Notes: generated by a model from the letters alone, not told the origin. A DNA stretch of 63,017 bases, filler included, from Octopus bimaculoides (GCF_001194135.2; 5 parts of 4 records of this genome joined end to end with filler, not necessarily neighbours in it), one strand, 5' to 3'. Numbered from the whole stretch's first letter, positions 1-13,522 are shown. A program made the numbers and translations.

Positions 1-69
1 TCGTCCAACCCATGCTAGCATGGAAAGCGGACGTTAAACGATGATGATGATGATGATGATGATGATCAT

Positions 70-330
70 GGTGAGCTGGCAGAAACATTAGCATGCTGGG
101 CAAAATGCTTAGTGGTATTTCATCTGTCTTTGTATCTGAGTTCAAATTCTGCCAGGGTCGACTTTGCCTTTCATCCTTTCGGGGTCAATAAATTAAGTAC
201 CAGTTGTGTATATTGGGATCGATCTAATCGACTGGTCCCCTCCCCCCAAATTTCAAGCCATGTTCCTCGAGTTGGCAGTTTAGTAGTGACCGAGTTATTT
301 TATTCGGTTCTTTTTTTTCTTTTAAATAAT
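70..330 (+). mobile_element. tRNA-derived SINE, family B (GAGCTGGCAG head, GAGTTCAAAT B-box-like, GCCTTTCATCC...AAGTACCAG core)
   Basis: Recurs at about 5900-6040(+), 17220-17360(-), 19770-19850(-), 23090-23185(-), 42040-42240(-), 50515-50730(+), 55090-55300(-), 55520-55890(+, two copies), 57490-57690(+). Confidence 0.8.
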
Positions 331-1477
331 TGAAACAAAGGCAGTGTATTTCGATAGAAATATGGTAACAAAGAGGATAACCATGGCAATTTGCCTACCT
401 ACTTTTCAAACTTCATTCCACACCCACTTTGTCCAAGAGAAACATGGCAAGGAGAGATTATTTTTGCCATTGAACTAAGACTATTCATTTATTATATGAT
501 AATACTAGTTCAGCATTATTGATAACACATTATTTGAAGCATAAGATTTATCAACAAATGATTTATAATGAAGGAAGGAGAGATGTCATCTGTTTCTTAC
601 TTTGTTGTTTAAATTTCACTACCATTAACCTTGTATTCTAATATAGCTGTTCTGGTTTAGCCCCAGGTCAGTTTCAATCAAGCAAGCTAATGATCAAAAG
701 CATTCCATTTGTAACCATGTTATTTTTCAGTCTCAATGCACCCAAGACCAACTACATTGGTAAATGTCTTTTTGTAAGATGGTTATAATTTAAGAGAGAT
801 TTGACTGCTATTTCTATTCCCAGCAGGTTAAGCAACCATGTCAAAGCTCTTTCAGCAGCTTAGTTTATATGTCAAGTATTTAACTATTTTTTCATTATCT
901 TCTCACTTTCCAGATTCTTTTAAAAGTTTGAATCAAATCTAAGTGTTTTCTATTGTTCTCTTGGTACATAAGGAGTCAAAAAGCATTTGCAGGTTGCTTT
1001 CTTAACGATAATTACTCATAAAACAGAACCCACTTGTAACTACTTAAATGATTTATAACCACTTAAATTGCTATGAAGCACAATTCTAAGCTGATGGTTT
1101 TGCTTGAATTTTTACCATAGATCAATTAAAAACTCAAGTGTTAGCAATTTTGCACACCAGCTACAAACTGTTTTTTATTGCAATTATTTTCTTCACACTT
1201 CTCAGATTTTACAAAACAATATTGTGATCATTAGTTACTTTCTTAACGAAAATTTCTCTACTCTGGTGTTAATCATTTAGACATAGTGGAATTTTAACCT
1301 GACACTTAATATATCCATTGTTATTTTTTCTGGTTCCTTCAAACAGACATGGTACTTCTCTTGCAGGCTTCATTTTCATGTTAACCTCTTCATTCTTGAT
1401 ATGTGTTTAATTTATGCTACATTTTGTTTGTATCATTTTTTTTTTAATTAATTCTTTTATTAATTTTTCTTTTTCAG

Positions 1478-1922
1478 AATGGCTAAAAATGGCTAAAGCT
1501 GGCCAATACACCTTAAAGGAGAAGATACAAGAAGAATTTTTGGAATGTAAAATTTGTTTTGAACCTTATGTGAAACCCAAAGCCCTTCCTTGCTTGCATT
1601 CATTTTGTGCAGAATGCCTAAAGGATTATGTTCGAAAAAATCCTGACAAAAACGCTATGCGTTTTTGCTGTCCAATTTGCCGGAAGGAGATACCAATGCC
1701 ACCTAGAGGCATTGATGACTTCCAAGACAATTTCTGGCTTCTTAGCCTCTCTAATTCTTTGGAAGAAGGCGAAGATGAATGCCGCACTTCTTGCAATGGT
1801 AAAAATGCACGTAGTAATGTGTGGACAACTCAAAAATGGAATCACCAAGCAAAAAATGTAACTACAGCATCAAACCCATTGTATCCACCCTCATTCCAAG
1901 AACTAAAACTCCGTGGATTTGA
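1478..1922 (+). CDS. Exon encoding an N-terminal C3HC4 RING finger of TRIM2/3/56 type (no B-box follows); likely start ATG 1489; spliced at 3' end
   Basis: C-x2-C (CKIC), PCLHSFCAECL, CPICR and TRIM-like tail IDDFQDNFWLLSL. Acceptor ttttcAG at 1476-1477. The ORF-track stop TAA (1924-1926) sits inside a canonical donor GA|GTAAGT (GT 1923-1924, phase 2). Confidence 0.9.
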
Positions 1923-2964
1923 GTAAGTTGTTCATAATTTTTTTTTATCTGATGTTAAGAAACCATTGTTGTGTTGGTTGTCACATTTGCTTTACTTCCT
2001 TGTAGATTTAATAAAACTAAATAGCACAAGAGTAATGTACAACAGTGAGGAAAGTAAACAGTATTAGTTATATACTGGTTCAATCCAGTTCAGTTATTTT
2101 GTTTTCCTTGCTGAGTCTGGAGGAAGGGGCAATGCACATGACTTTCTATGTTGTCCATGACCGAAAAGCTTGGTATCATTAATATTCCATTGAAACTGTT
2201 GTGAGTCAACACCATCAGAGAAGACATGAGCTAGAAGAAGATTGCAGGAGGCCAATGTTCAGGAGGAGGAAGGACTGAGTATATAGGGTAGTGGTGGGTG
2301 CAACTAGAGTGATAGGAGTGGGGAAGACTAGTAAGTCAGGGATGCTTGAGTGGAGGAGGTACTAGTCCAGCCACTTTGTGGAACAGAGGCCATTTCACTT
2401 TGGCCTCTGTTCCTCAGAGGCCATAGTATACAAATATACTTGTCCTTCCCCTTCTCCTTTAGAAATCTATGACCTTGTGCTAGTGTATGTAATCATTATT
2501 TTGGGGTGGTCAAGAAGCTTCTGAGACAGTGAAATTGCTTACTGCTCAATTGAATATCCCCCCAAAAAAGTCATGAAGACCCACAATTCCACAGCTAACT
2601 CATTTCTAATATCCCTAGCACTTCCTAATTAAGAAATTATTATTATTATTACTCTTTTTAATTGTTTATTGCTGTAATTGTTGTTGTTGTTAATCTTGTT
2701 AATCAATTTCCACCATTGATTAGTTTTCAGTTTTCAAAAACAACATTGGTTACAAAAATATAATTTGATCAGATATTCTTATCCTGTGATCTTTGAACTA
2801 TTATTATTAAATTTCAAGAGATCAGTCATTTATACAATAACCCAAGTTTATTTAACCCTTCATAACCATATTTTTAATTGAAATATGCTTTCTATTTGTT
2901 TTTAATCCAAGAATTCAGATGGGTTTAGTAAAATATCATCATTATAGTTTTAATGTCTACATAG

Positions 2965-3250
2965 GCACAGGAGTGGCTGTGTGGTAAGTAGCTTTCTTAC
3001 CAACCACATGGTTCTGGGTTCAGTCCCACTGTGAGTAGATTTGGTAGATGGAAACTGAAAGAAACCCATCGTATGTATATATATATGTATTTGTGTTTAT
3101 GTCTCTGTCACTTAGCAGTTTGGCAAAAAGAGACCAATAGAATAAGTACTAGGCTTACAAAAGAATAACACCTGGGCTTGATTTGTTCAACTAAAGGCAG
3201 TGCTCCAGCATGACCGCTGTTAAATGACTGAAGCAAATAAAAGAATAAAA
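2965..3250 (+). mobile_element. Composite tRNA/CORE-like SINE (family A head, internal microsatellite, family D tail), internally deleted copy
   Basis: GGAGTGGCTGTGTGGTAAG...GGTTCAGTCCC head and ...CCAGCATG...GACTGAAGCAAATAAAAG tail shared with many other copies. Confidence 0.75.
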
Positions 3251-6087
3251 GAATATTCATACTTGCATGGATCAGACAAGAGCATGTGTTGGGGAAGAGC
3301 TTTTATGGCTGGATGCCCTTCTTGATGCCAACTCTCATCTCCAACTCTGCAGACATGGCTAAGAACAATACTGTATGAACAAGTCTTTAGTTCACAAAGA
3401 TTGCTCAACATGTTGAGATATGTCAACAAGCCTGGACATGCTTTTTCAATATCAATCATCATCATAATCATCATTTAATGTTCATCTTCCATGCTAGAAT
3501 GGGTTGGACAGTTTGGCAGAAGCTGGCAAACCAGAGAGCTGCACCAAGCTCCAATCTGTTTCGGCATGATTTCTGTGGTTGAATGTCCTTCCTAACACCA
3601 ACCACTTTACAGAGTGTACTGGATGCGTTTTATGTGGCACCAGCACCAGCGAGGTATATTCAGCATAGCTTTTATAGCTGGATGCACCTCCTAAGGCTAA
3701 CCACTTTTCAGAGTGTACTGGATGCAGTGGGGTGAGATCCAGGATGTTTTTTTTTGGATGTTGCCCAAAGGTTTTGAGAAAAATCGCAATTCGTAACAAA
3801 TGGAGCCATTTGTATGTATTCTAACTTTGTTGTGGCAGACCATATGCATACGAAACAGAAATACTATGAAACTGCTGGAAATAAAATAACAATGTTATTA
3901 TATTTGCAACAGTGCAGTGAGTATTGATTTACCTATGGAAAACTACACTTGTGTATCATCATCATCATCGTTTAACGTCCATCTTCCATGCTAGCATGGG
4001 TGGAATGGTACCACAAGAGCTGGCCAGGCCGAAGCATGCACCAGACTTCTGTGACTATTTTGGCAGGATTTTTACAGCTGGACGCCCTTCCACTCAGCCA
4101 ACCACTCAGCTAAGTGGACTTAGTGTTTTTTATGTGGCACATGCACAAGCAAAGTGAGTAGTGCTTTTTACACGGCACAAGCACAGGTGAGGTCAGTTTT
4201 AGCAAGGTTTTTACAGCTGGATGCCCTTCCTAACACCAACCCTGCAGCAGAGTTGACTTAGTGCTTTATCATAACTTAATAACATGGAAAAAAATATAAC
4301 CATTATTAAAGTTCAAGCTTGTATTTTCAAAATTTGGTCCCGCTTTTTTGGCATCGACTTGGCTAGAAAGAGTGTTGCCCAGGCAACTAGGGCAATAATC
4401 CCTGTATCCGCCACTATAAGTGAATGACACCATCCGTATGAACAGTGAGACCTTTGTTAACAATCACTGAATACATGTGATGACGAAGGGAAATCTGAAC
4501 ACATTTGCAAAAACACACAAACACACATACATATACATTTACATATGGAGATAAGTATACATCAGACTTCTTCCAGTTTTCATCTCCTGAATCCACTCAC
4601 AAGGATTTGATTAACCTGAGGGTACCATAGAAAGCTTTTGCCCAGGGTGCCACACAATGGGATTGAACTTAAAACTGTGTGGTTGGGAAGTGAAATTCTT
4701 TACCACACAGCCATGTCTGGGCCTACAAGGATTTAGTAAAATGATTTTGTCCTAATTAAGCTGGTGCTTGAGGTACATAGCTTAACAAAGTGTTCTTAAA
4801 ATTGATGGGAGTTTTTTCTTAATTTAAATTTGAACATTTTAATAAAAGAAGTGTTGTATACAGAAATTAGAATCAGAAGCAGTCCATAGTGAGTTGGCAT
4901 CAAAAGGGTCAATCTTTTAAAAATTGTTTCTTTGATTTATTTATTTTTTCTTTAAAAATATGTTAATTGGCTTAAAAAATAGTCTGTTATTTTTTTTTCC
5001 TTGAAAAATGTGGCTGTTATGTAGAGTATGGTACATTAAAAAAAAAACAAAAAAACATATGGCTGTTTGCTTGGTGTATGATGCAAATTTCAGATATAAC
5101 ATTCAATGGATTTCTTTGATAAAGGGCAATAAAACTACTTTGGTTATGGAGATAGAGAAAAATGTCTGACTATCAGATAGAGACAAATTTATATCAGTGC
5201 TGATCATTTTGTGCTTAGAAGGCATTCATTGCACTTATAAGCATTACTCCACTCCTATACATGCTCGAACACACACACATACTGTTATACATCTAATTCT
5301 ATTTCACTGAGTCTGTCATAAAACAGTATTTTAGCTTTTTTGATGATGTAGTTTGTTTTTTTCTTTCCAAATAAAGAGTCAGTGTGTGCTTAAGAAGCTT
5401 GCATTCCCCAACCATTTGGTCCCGAGTTCAATCCTTCATGTGGCACCTTGGGCAAGTGTTTTCTACTATAGCCTCGAGCCGACCAAAGTCTTATGAGTAG
5501 ATTCGGTGGACAAAAACGGAAAGATGCCTCCTCGTGTGTATGTGTATGTGTGTGTGTGTGCACGCACGTGTATGTGTGTGAGTTGTCTTCAATAATCATG
5601 ACATCACATGATTATTGTATACAAGTGTCACTTTATCTGTGTCATAAAACCCCCTCCACTTAAAAGACTATCCTCATGGGAGGTGCCACATAAAAAGCCC
5701 CCAGTGCACTCTACAGAGTGGTTGGTGGGGTATTGGGAAGGGCATCCAGCCATAGAAACCATGCCAGAACAGACAATGGAACCTGGTGCTGCTCCTGGCC
5801 ATACCAGCTCCTGTCAAACCACACAACTCCCGCCAGCATGGGAAACAGATAGTAAGTGATGATGATGATGATGACTATTATTATTTAGGACAATCATAAT
5901 GCAGCGAGCTGGCAGAATCATTAGCATACTGGGCGAAATGCTTCACAGCAATTCACATTCTGAGTTCAAATTGTGCCAAGGTCAGCTTTGCCTTTCATCC
6001 TTTCAAAGTCAATAAAATAAGTACCAGTTAGGCTCTGCAGTCAATGGTATGGCCCTAACAGCATGGATGACTACCTTGTGATTGCTT

Positions 6088-6221
6088 ACTCTTTTACTTG
6101 TTTCAGTCATTTGACTGTGGCCATGCTGGAGCACTGCCTTTAGTTGAACAAATCAACCTCAGGACTTACTCTTTGTAAGCCTAGCTGTCAAGCGATGATG
6201 GAGGGACAAACACAAACACAC

Positions 6222-6273
<52 letters not shown>

Positions 6274-6435
6274 GATGGGCTCCTTTCAGTTTCCATCTAC
6301 CAAATCCACTCACAAGGCATTGGTCGGGCCAAGGCTATAGTAGAAAACACTTGCCCAAGGTGCCACACTGTAGGACTGAACCTGGAACCATGAGGTTCGG
6401 AAGCAAGCTATTTGCCACACAGCCACTCCTGCACC
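6088..6435 (-). mobile_element. Composite SINE A-microsatellite-D, near full length
   Basis: Tail, (CA)/(TA)n core and head in fixed order. Similar full or partial copies at about 4555-4730, 5390-5690, 12105-12720, 16881-17222, 18190-18540, 19590-19750, 20455-20820, 49690-50018, 52410-52790, 59050-59245, 59680-59800, 61190-61620, 62770-63017. Confidence 0.8.
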
Positions 6436-6955
6436 TTGTCCAAATGTTTTGCAAAATACTTCTGTGCAAATGCCCTGACCTATCACATTGATAATTTAAA
6501 TGATGTTAGTATTTGTCTTCTCTGTCAGAAGTGACTTTTACTTTCTATTTCTTGCAAATTAATGAAAAAGAAAGAAAAAATTGTAAAAAAATATTTTTAA
6601 AAAATTTAAAAAAGCAGTGACAAAGCAATGAAAAATTTCTGCTCATGTACAACTGGAAAAGTATAAGAAGTGATAAAAGTAGGGAAGTTTAGGAAAATAA
6701 AAACATATTGGTTTTGATTTCTGAGAAGCTGAAGTGGAAAGATTCATGTCTCAGGAGTGTTGGATTTTTTTTCTTGATAGAAATTATATTTTCAAATTTG
6801 TACACTAAAATCAGTCAATATAGGAAAGAGAAAGAGTGAGGAGAGAGAGAGAGAGTTCCTCTCCAACATTATTCCAACCAATGAACAAATTCTCTGGAGA
6901 TTCAAATACATTTACCACTTGCCAATTGCTAAAACTTCATAATTTTCCCAGACAG

Positions 6956-6973
6956 ATTGAAAGAACAAGTTAG
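6956..6973 (+). CDS. Candidate 18-nt frame-preserving micro-exon (LKEQV) between the RING and SH2 exons
   Basis: ttttcccagacAG acceptor, AG|GTGAGT donor, phase 2/2 and stop-free in the RING frame. Confidence 0.25.
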   Translation: MERTS

Positions 6974-7417
6974 GTGAGTGTCGTGATTTAATTATGAAGT
7001 TGACTTTTGTGAAAATTTGTGTTTTGTTAATGGAGTTAAGGAAATCAAAATCCTGACGTCCTTAGACTGGATTCCATTCTATTCTGTTGCAATTATTTTA
7101 GATTGGTTTCAGGGTGTGGTTAACATACTTAATAGTCTTAACTACTTAGCAAATAGGACTTTGTTGCTACAGCTAAAGAGATGTAGTAACTTAATTTGGC
7201 CAGGCGTGTGATGTAGGCATTCTGATTAATTAAGCGTGTGTTCTGATTTAGAAGGTGGTGATGTATTTTGATCATGAACCAGAACACACATGCATGCGTA
7301 TGCACACACACACATGTGTGTGCACACGCACATGTGTACACACATGCACACACTAAGGGTGGGGACACTTTAGTCAGAGAATGGTAAGGTGACTGATGTG
7401 ATTCAGTCAACATCATC

Positions 7418-7810
7418 ATCATTCATCATCGTCGTTTAATGTCCGCTTTCCATGCTAGCATGGGTTGAATGATTTGACTGAGGACTGGTGAACCAGATGG
7501 CTACACCAGGCTCCATCTGATTTGGCAGAGTTTCTACAGCTGGATGCCCTTCCTAATGCCAACCACTCTGAGAGTGTAGTGGGTGCTTTTACGTGCCACC
7601 GGCACGAAGGCCAGTNNNNNNNNNNGTTTCTACAGCTGGATGCCCTTCCTAATGCCAACCACTCTGAGAGTGTAGTGGGTGCTTTTACGTGCCACCGGCA
7701 CGAAGGCCAGTCAGGCGGTTACTGGCAACGGCCACGCTCGAAATGGTGTATTTTACGTGCCACCCGCACAAGAGCCAGTCCAGGGGCACTGGCAACGATC
7801 TCGTTCAGTA
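7418..7810 (-). mobile_element. RTE-tail-related retroposon, family C, (GAT)n tail
   Basis: catcatcgtttaa..tccgctttccatgctagcatggg...ctggatgcccttcctaa motif. Copies at about 1-66, 3461-3800, 3955-4260, 5690-5875, 7895-8205, 9860-10110, 12260-12500, 14290-14430, 23890-24325, 48621-48863. Confidence 0.8.
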
Positions 7811-7819
7811 TCTTTACAG

Positions 7820-8364
7820 CAGGGTTTCTCAACCATTTTTTTACCTATGGACCCCACTTTGTTTTTTATTTTACTCAAGTGGACCCTCTTGGCCATTCAT
7901 CATCATCATCATCTAACGTCCATTGTCGATGCTGGCGTGGATTGGATGGTTTGACCAGGGCTGGCACACTGGAAGGCTGCACCAGACTCCGGTTTGATTT
8001 GGCATGGTTGTCTACGGCTGGATGTCCTTCCTAATGCCAACCTCTCCGAGAGTGTAATGGGTGTTTTTACATGTCACTTGCATGACACCGGTATCTGCCA
8101 CAACTACGATTTTGCTTGGCTTGATGGGTCTTCTTCTCAAGCACGACATAATGCCAAAGGTCTCAGTCATTGCCTCCGTGAGGCCCAACACTCAATGTTT
8201 AAAAATATCCTATTATATTTTTACAATTAAATATTATGAGGAATTGTATAAGAAAAAATGTTAAAATATTTTGTGTATTGTAGAAGTATAACCAATTTAT
8301 CGCACATAAATTTTAACAGCAAAATCTCATATGGACCCCTAGGGGTTTCTGCTGTAAACCACTG
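7820..8364. mobile_element. hAT-like MITE interrupted by a family C insertion
   Basis: Ends CAGGGTTTCTCAACC and ...GTAAACCACTG; flanking 8-mers CTTTACAG and ATTTACAT match at 6/8 (degenerate 8-bp TSD). Confidence 0.5.
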
Positions 8365-10280
8365 ATTTACATGGACATTATTAGGGTATTTATTAAAGTG
8401 AAATCCTTTTTTCTCAATTTCTCTTTTATAATTGGCAAGTATTATATTCACTTTGATGATTAATAATAGACGTTTTAAGACCAAGGCTTTCATATTAATA
8501 AAATAGGACTGTTTATTGCAAAGATACTGGTCTGTTTCTATGATAGACTGCTAAGTTGTTTGGCTATTAACATAAATATTGATCCATTGGGGGAGCAGAA
8601 CCATCAAGTCATTTTATGTTACTTTAAAGGGTTGGGGGGGGGGTACCTCCCTCCTCGCCTAAAAATTTGGAATTCCCTCTTCTTGATTTGTAAGTTTCAT
8701 ATGTTGGCTGTGTCAGATTATTTCTCAATTTCTAACAGAAAAAATAATATATATATGTATATATATATATCCACACACACACACACACACATACGAAAAT
8801 AGTGCTAATAGTTCCTATAAAATACCATATCTTGGAACTATTTTATGGTAATTGAATCAATTATCGTAAAATATCATCATGAACTTGCATTTAGTTAATA
8901 GCTGTCAAAATCTGATTTCAAAGGTCTAATGCATTTTGATTCATTGTGAAATACCAACTGTAGAATTTGGTTTACTAAAAATTAATAGGAGGCATAGCTT
9001 GTATAGGTTATGACATTCACAACAACAGGGAGATATGCCATTTATTTCTTGAAATGGGGGAAAAAAAGGAATTTTTGCATGTTATTCTTTTTAATCTGGG
9101 AAGAAAAAAGAATAAATGAAAAAATAAAAACGTAATAAATTCCCGAATCCAACCATCAACTTTGGTACAAAATCTTGATGCATTAATTGGTATAGAATTT
9201 GAGAGAAAGGAAACAGCTTTTAGTTAGTCGCGTTTGTAGCCAGATCTACTAAGTCAAGTTTTCAACTAAAAAGTTATGTTTACTTTGGAGAATATTATAT
9301 AAGCAGGCTATATATATGCATCATCATCATCATCCAGCATTTTAAATCTGGGTTTTGTCCCTGGTGACAGAGGTGGCCAGATCTACCTCAATGCCATAGC
9401 AACTGAGGTAGGCATGTGCAGCCCACCCCAACCTTTGGGCTGGCTGGCTGATGCCCATTCTCCTTTGCTAGCATGAGGCTCTTTTGGAGCTGGGTTTTCT
9501 ACGGGGAGCATGCTCTTGCTTACCCCAACCTCAGTTTCTAAATATTTAGCTAATTGAAGCAATCAAGAAGTAAATATTAGAAAATAAAAGAAAAAAAAAA
9601 TGAAGTTTTCTTTCTGAAACTGGGATTAAAAGTTCTAATTCTAGTTGTATTATAATATAATGTATTTAACTACCTGAACCTGACTTTGAATTTTTAATGA
9701 ATATAGAAATATATTAAGCTGAGTATCCATATTATGCAAACAACCTTCTAATTGGCTTGATTATATGTGAAAACAGTACAACTGTCTAGTATTCTTCACA
9801 GCATGTATGTAAATATGTTTTGTCATGTGAACATATATGTGTGTGTGTGTTTGTGTGTGGCATGTAAAAAGCACCATTCAAGCATGGTCATTGCCAGTGC
9901 CACCTGATTGGCTCCCGTGCTAGTGGCATGTAAAAAGCACCCACTACACTCTCGGAGTAGTTGGCATTAGGAAGGGCATCCAGCTGTAGAAACTTTGCCA
10001 GATCAGATTGGAGCCTGGTGCAGCCTTCTGGCTTGCCAGTCCTCAATCAAATTGTCCAACCCATGCCAGCATGGAAAGCAGACGTTAAACGATAACGAAG
10101 ATGATGATGATATATATGTATACAGAGAGAGAGAGAGAGAGGGAGAGAGATATGTGTGTACTTGTGTATACATCACTATATAAATAACATTTTTTTACAT
10201 GTATTCACATATGTAGTATATATAATGGGTGCATGCATATTAAAACAGACTCCACCTAGTAACTCAAGTCAATGTTAATA

Positions 10281-10281
<1 letters not shown>

Positions 10282-10356
<75 letters not shown>

Positions 10357-11545
10357 NNNNNNNNNNNNNNNNNNNNNNNNNNNNNNNNNNNNNNNNNNNN
10401 NNNNNNNNNNNNNNNNNNNNNNNNNNNNNNNNNNNNNNNNNNNNNNNNNNNNNNNNNNNNNNNNNNNNNNNNNNNNNNNNNNNNNNNNNNNNNNNNNNNN
10501 NNNNNNNNNNNNNNNNNNNNNNNNNNNNNNNNNNNNNNNNNNNNNNNNNNNNNNNNNNNNNNNNNNNNNNNNNNNNNNNNNNNNNNNNNNNNNNNNNNNN
10601 NNNNNNNNNNNNNNNNNNNNNNNNNNNNNNNNNNNNNNNNNNNNNNNNNNNNNNNNNNNNNNNNNNNNNNNNNNNNNNNNNNNNNNNNNNNNNNNNNNNN
10701 NNNNNNNNNNNNNNNNNNNNNNNNNNNNNNNNNNNNNNNNNNNNNNNNNNNNNNNNNNNNNNNNNNNNNNNNNNNNNNNNNNNNNNNNNNNNNNNNNNNN
10801 NNNNNNNNNNNNNNNNNNNNNNNNNNNNNNNNNNNNNNNNNNNNNNNNNNNNNNNNNNNNNNNNNNNNNNNNNNNNNNNNNNNNNNNNNNNNNNNNNNNN
10901 NNNNNNNNNNNNNNNNNNNNNNNNNNNNNNNNNNNNNNNNNNNNNNNNNNNNNNNNNNNNNNNNNNNNNNNNNNNNNNNNNNNNNNNNNNNNNNNNNNNN
11001 NNNNNNNNNNNNNNNNNNNNNNNNNNNNNNNNNNNNNNNNNNNNNNNNNNNNNNNNNNNNNNNNNNNNNNNNNNNNNNNNNNNNNNNNNNNNNNNNNNNN
11101 NNNNNNNNNNNNNNNNNNNNNNNNNNNNNNNNNNNNNNNNNNNNNNNNNNNNNNNNNNNNNNNNNNNNNNNNNNNNNNGTATGTAGGTATGTATGTAGGT
11201 ATGTGTGTGTGTATGTATTTATGTATATTTATATGTACACACACACACACACACAGATATTCACACACACACACACACACAGATATTCACACACATCCAC
11301 TCTCCTATATATAAGTGTATGTATGTATGTAAATGTGTGTGTGTGTGTGTGTGCATGTTATGTATGTATGTATGTGTGTGTGTATGTATTTATGTGTGTA
11401 TGTATGTATGTATGTAAATATGTATGTTGTGTGTGTGTTTATGTATGTATATATATACTCATATTCACACACATTCACTCTCCACACATCCAACCGTATC
11501 TGTGTGTGTGTGTGTGTGTGTGTGCATCCATATATGAATAAGCTT
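10282..11545. repeat. (CA)n / (TG,TA)n microsatellite block around a gap
   Basis: Visible directly; explains the HT/VC/YI-rich pseudo-ORFs. Confidence 0.95.
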
Positions 11546-12212
11546 GTGTAGCAGTGCAAATGAATGAATGCGTAAGTGAAGGAGATGTGCAAATGAACAC
11601 ATGTCCTGCAGAACAAAATATTATTTTCCTGCAAGATAGTTCCTCTAAAAACTGCATGTGCGTATCGAAATGGTTTACTCCACTCCACAAATAAGAGTTT
11701 AGTCTTCTAACTTACAATAATAATATACATTGAAAGCAAAACTGGTTTCTCTTGTTATTAAAATCATCTTCATTTCAGTGGATTCCTATTATATGAAGAG
11801 GTATTTGCTGACATCTTCGTCATATGGTCGTTATGAAGGACCATCAGTGTTTAAAACTACTTACAATTATAACACACTTATGAATACTTTAAACACTACA
11901 TATGTCCCTTAGTAATTATGTTACCACTTGTAATAGTGTCTCTTATAATTAATGTAATTGCTTCATTTCTTTGATAATGAAGTCTTGATACATTTCATAG
12001 AAAATTTTAATCAAATTTTGTAATGAAAGTATAAAGAAGACAAAAATTGATGTGCCCCAGTATGGCCAAAGCTAAATGGTTGAAACATCTTTATGACTGG
12101 AGTGGCTGTGTGATAAGAAGCTTGCTTCCCAACCCCATGGTTCTGGTTTCAGTCCCACTGTGTGGCCAACCAAAGTCTTGAGAGTGGATTTGGTAGATGG
12201 AAACTGAAAGAA

Positions 12213-12261
<49 letters not shown>

Positions 12262-13460
12262 CATGCAGGCTCTAATCTGATCTGGCAAGGTTTTTACAGC
12301 TGGATACCCTTCCTAACGCCAATCACTCAGAGACTGTAGTTGGTGCTATCATCATCATCATTATCATCTATTCTCCATGGTGACATAGGTTGGATGGTTT
12401 ACAGGAGCTGGCTAGGAAGAAGATTGCACCAGGCTTCAGTGTGCTTTGGCATGGTTTATTACTGCCGGTTGCTCTTCCTAACATCATCATCCTTGCGGAT
12501 ACACACACACACACACGTGTGTGTGTGTGTGTCTGTGTTTGTCTCTCACCACCACTTGACAAGTGTTGGTTTGTTTACATCCCCATAATTTAGCGGTTCA
12601 GCCTAAGAGGCCGATAGAATTAGTACCAGGGTTTTAAAGAAATAGGTCCTGGGATCAATTCATTTAACTAAAAAATTTTCCAAGGTGGTACCCCAGCATG
12701 GCCACAGAAAAGCTAAAAGTTAAAAGACAACCAAGTCAAATACTAAGGTTGATTTAATATTCCTATTAAAGCCTCCTAGCTTTGCATGGAATTATAATAG
12801 AAGACTTGAGACTTAGAAGTGAAAATGCCATAAAAACAACCTGGTATTGATTATCTTACTATAAAGGTTTACCAGTATATTTATTCATCTCGTGCACCTT
12901 ACATATGCATGGCTCTGTGATTAGTTCTCAGCTGGAAGATGTTTAAATACAACTTTAGCAATATAAAGTTTTACTGTGCCTCATAAAATGTGGAACAAGT
13001 TATTCATATGAAAATTAGAGGGAAAAAAAAATTATTTAAAATAGTGAAAGTCAAGTTAAACTGTAACGAGCAACTGAAACAAAATTTCAGGTTACAGTGG
13101 AGATTTTATTAACTTTTACTAATTTACATGTCTAATTAGAACTGAAGCTAGACTGTTATGCGAATGGCCTACTAAAATATCTGCTTCAGGTTTTACAGCT
13201 TGGTTGGTAGGTTGGCATTTCACTTGGTTGGGTTGGTTGATACCTCTCACTTGCAATGTCTCGTTCATAATCTTGCGTATAACATAAATGCAGTTAAATA
13301 ACAGCCTTGCGAAAATTAATCATATATGTTAATTGCCAGGAATGTTGCAGAAAGGAAACTAAAGATGGCAAGGGAAGCAACAATGGCAGCAGCCATCATG
13401 ATGAAAGCAACAATGGCGGTAATAGTGATGAAGATTGCAACAATAACATTGGTGGTGTTA

Positions 13461-13479
13461 ATGCACTGCTGTCTCACTC

Positions 13480-13522
<43 letters not shown>

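Noticed and set aside
7533-7712. Exact direct repeats on both sides of 10-N gaps (also 20597-20820 and 49441-49540)
   Set aside because: Typical unmerged contig overlaps rather than real tandem duplications.
10264-11690. Long ORFs rich in X, HT, VC, YI (also 14.9, 26-28, 33.5, 58.6 and 59.7 kb)
   Set aside because: Translations of gaps and dinucleotide microsatellites.
11541-11693. Cys-containing open frame (NECVSEG...CMCVSKWF), superficially EGF-like
   Set aside because: Cys spacing does not fit EGF and there are no consistent exon boundaries.
11895-11945. YVP/SNYV resembling the SH3 signature GYIPSNYV
   Set aside because: Needs a frameshift, lacks the WW and ALYDY motifs at correct spacing, and has no fitting splice sites; likely chance.
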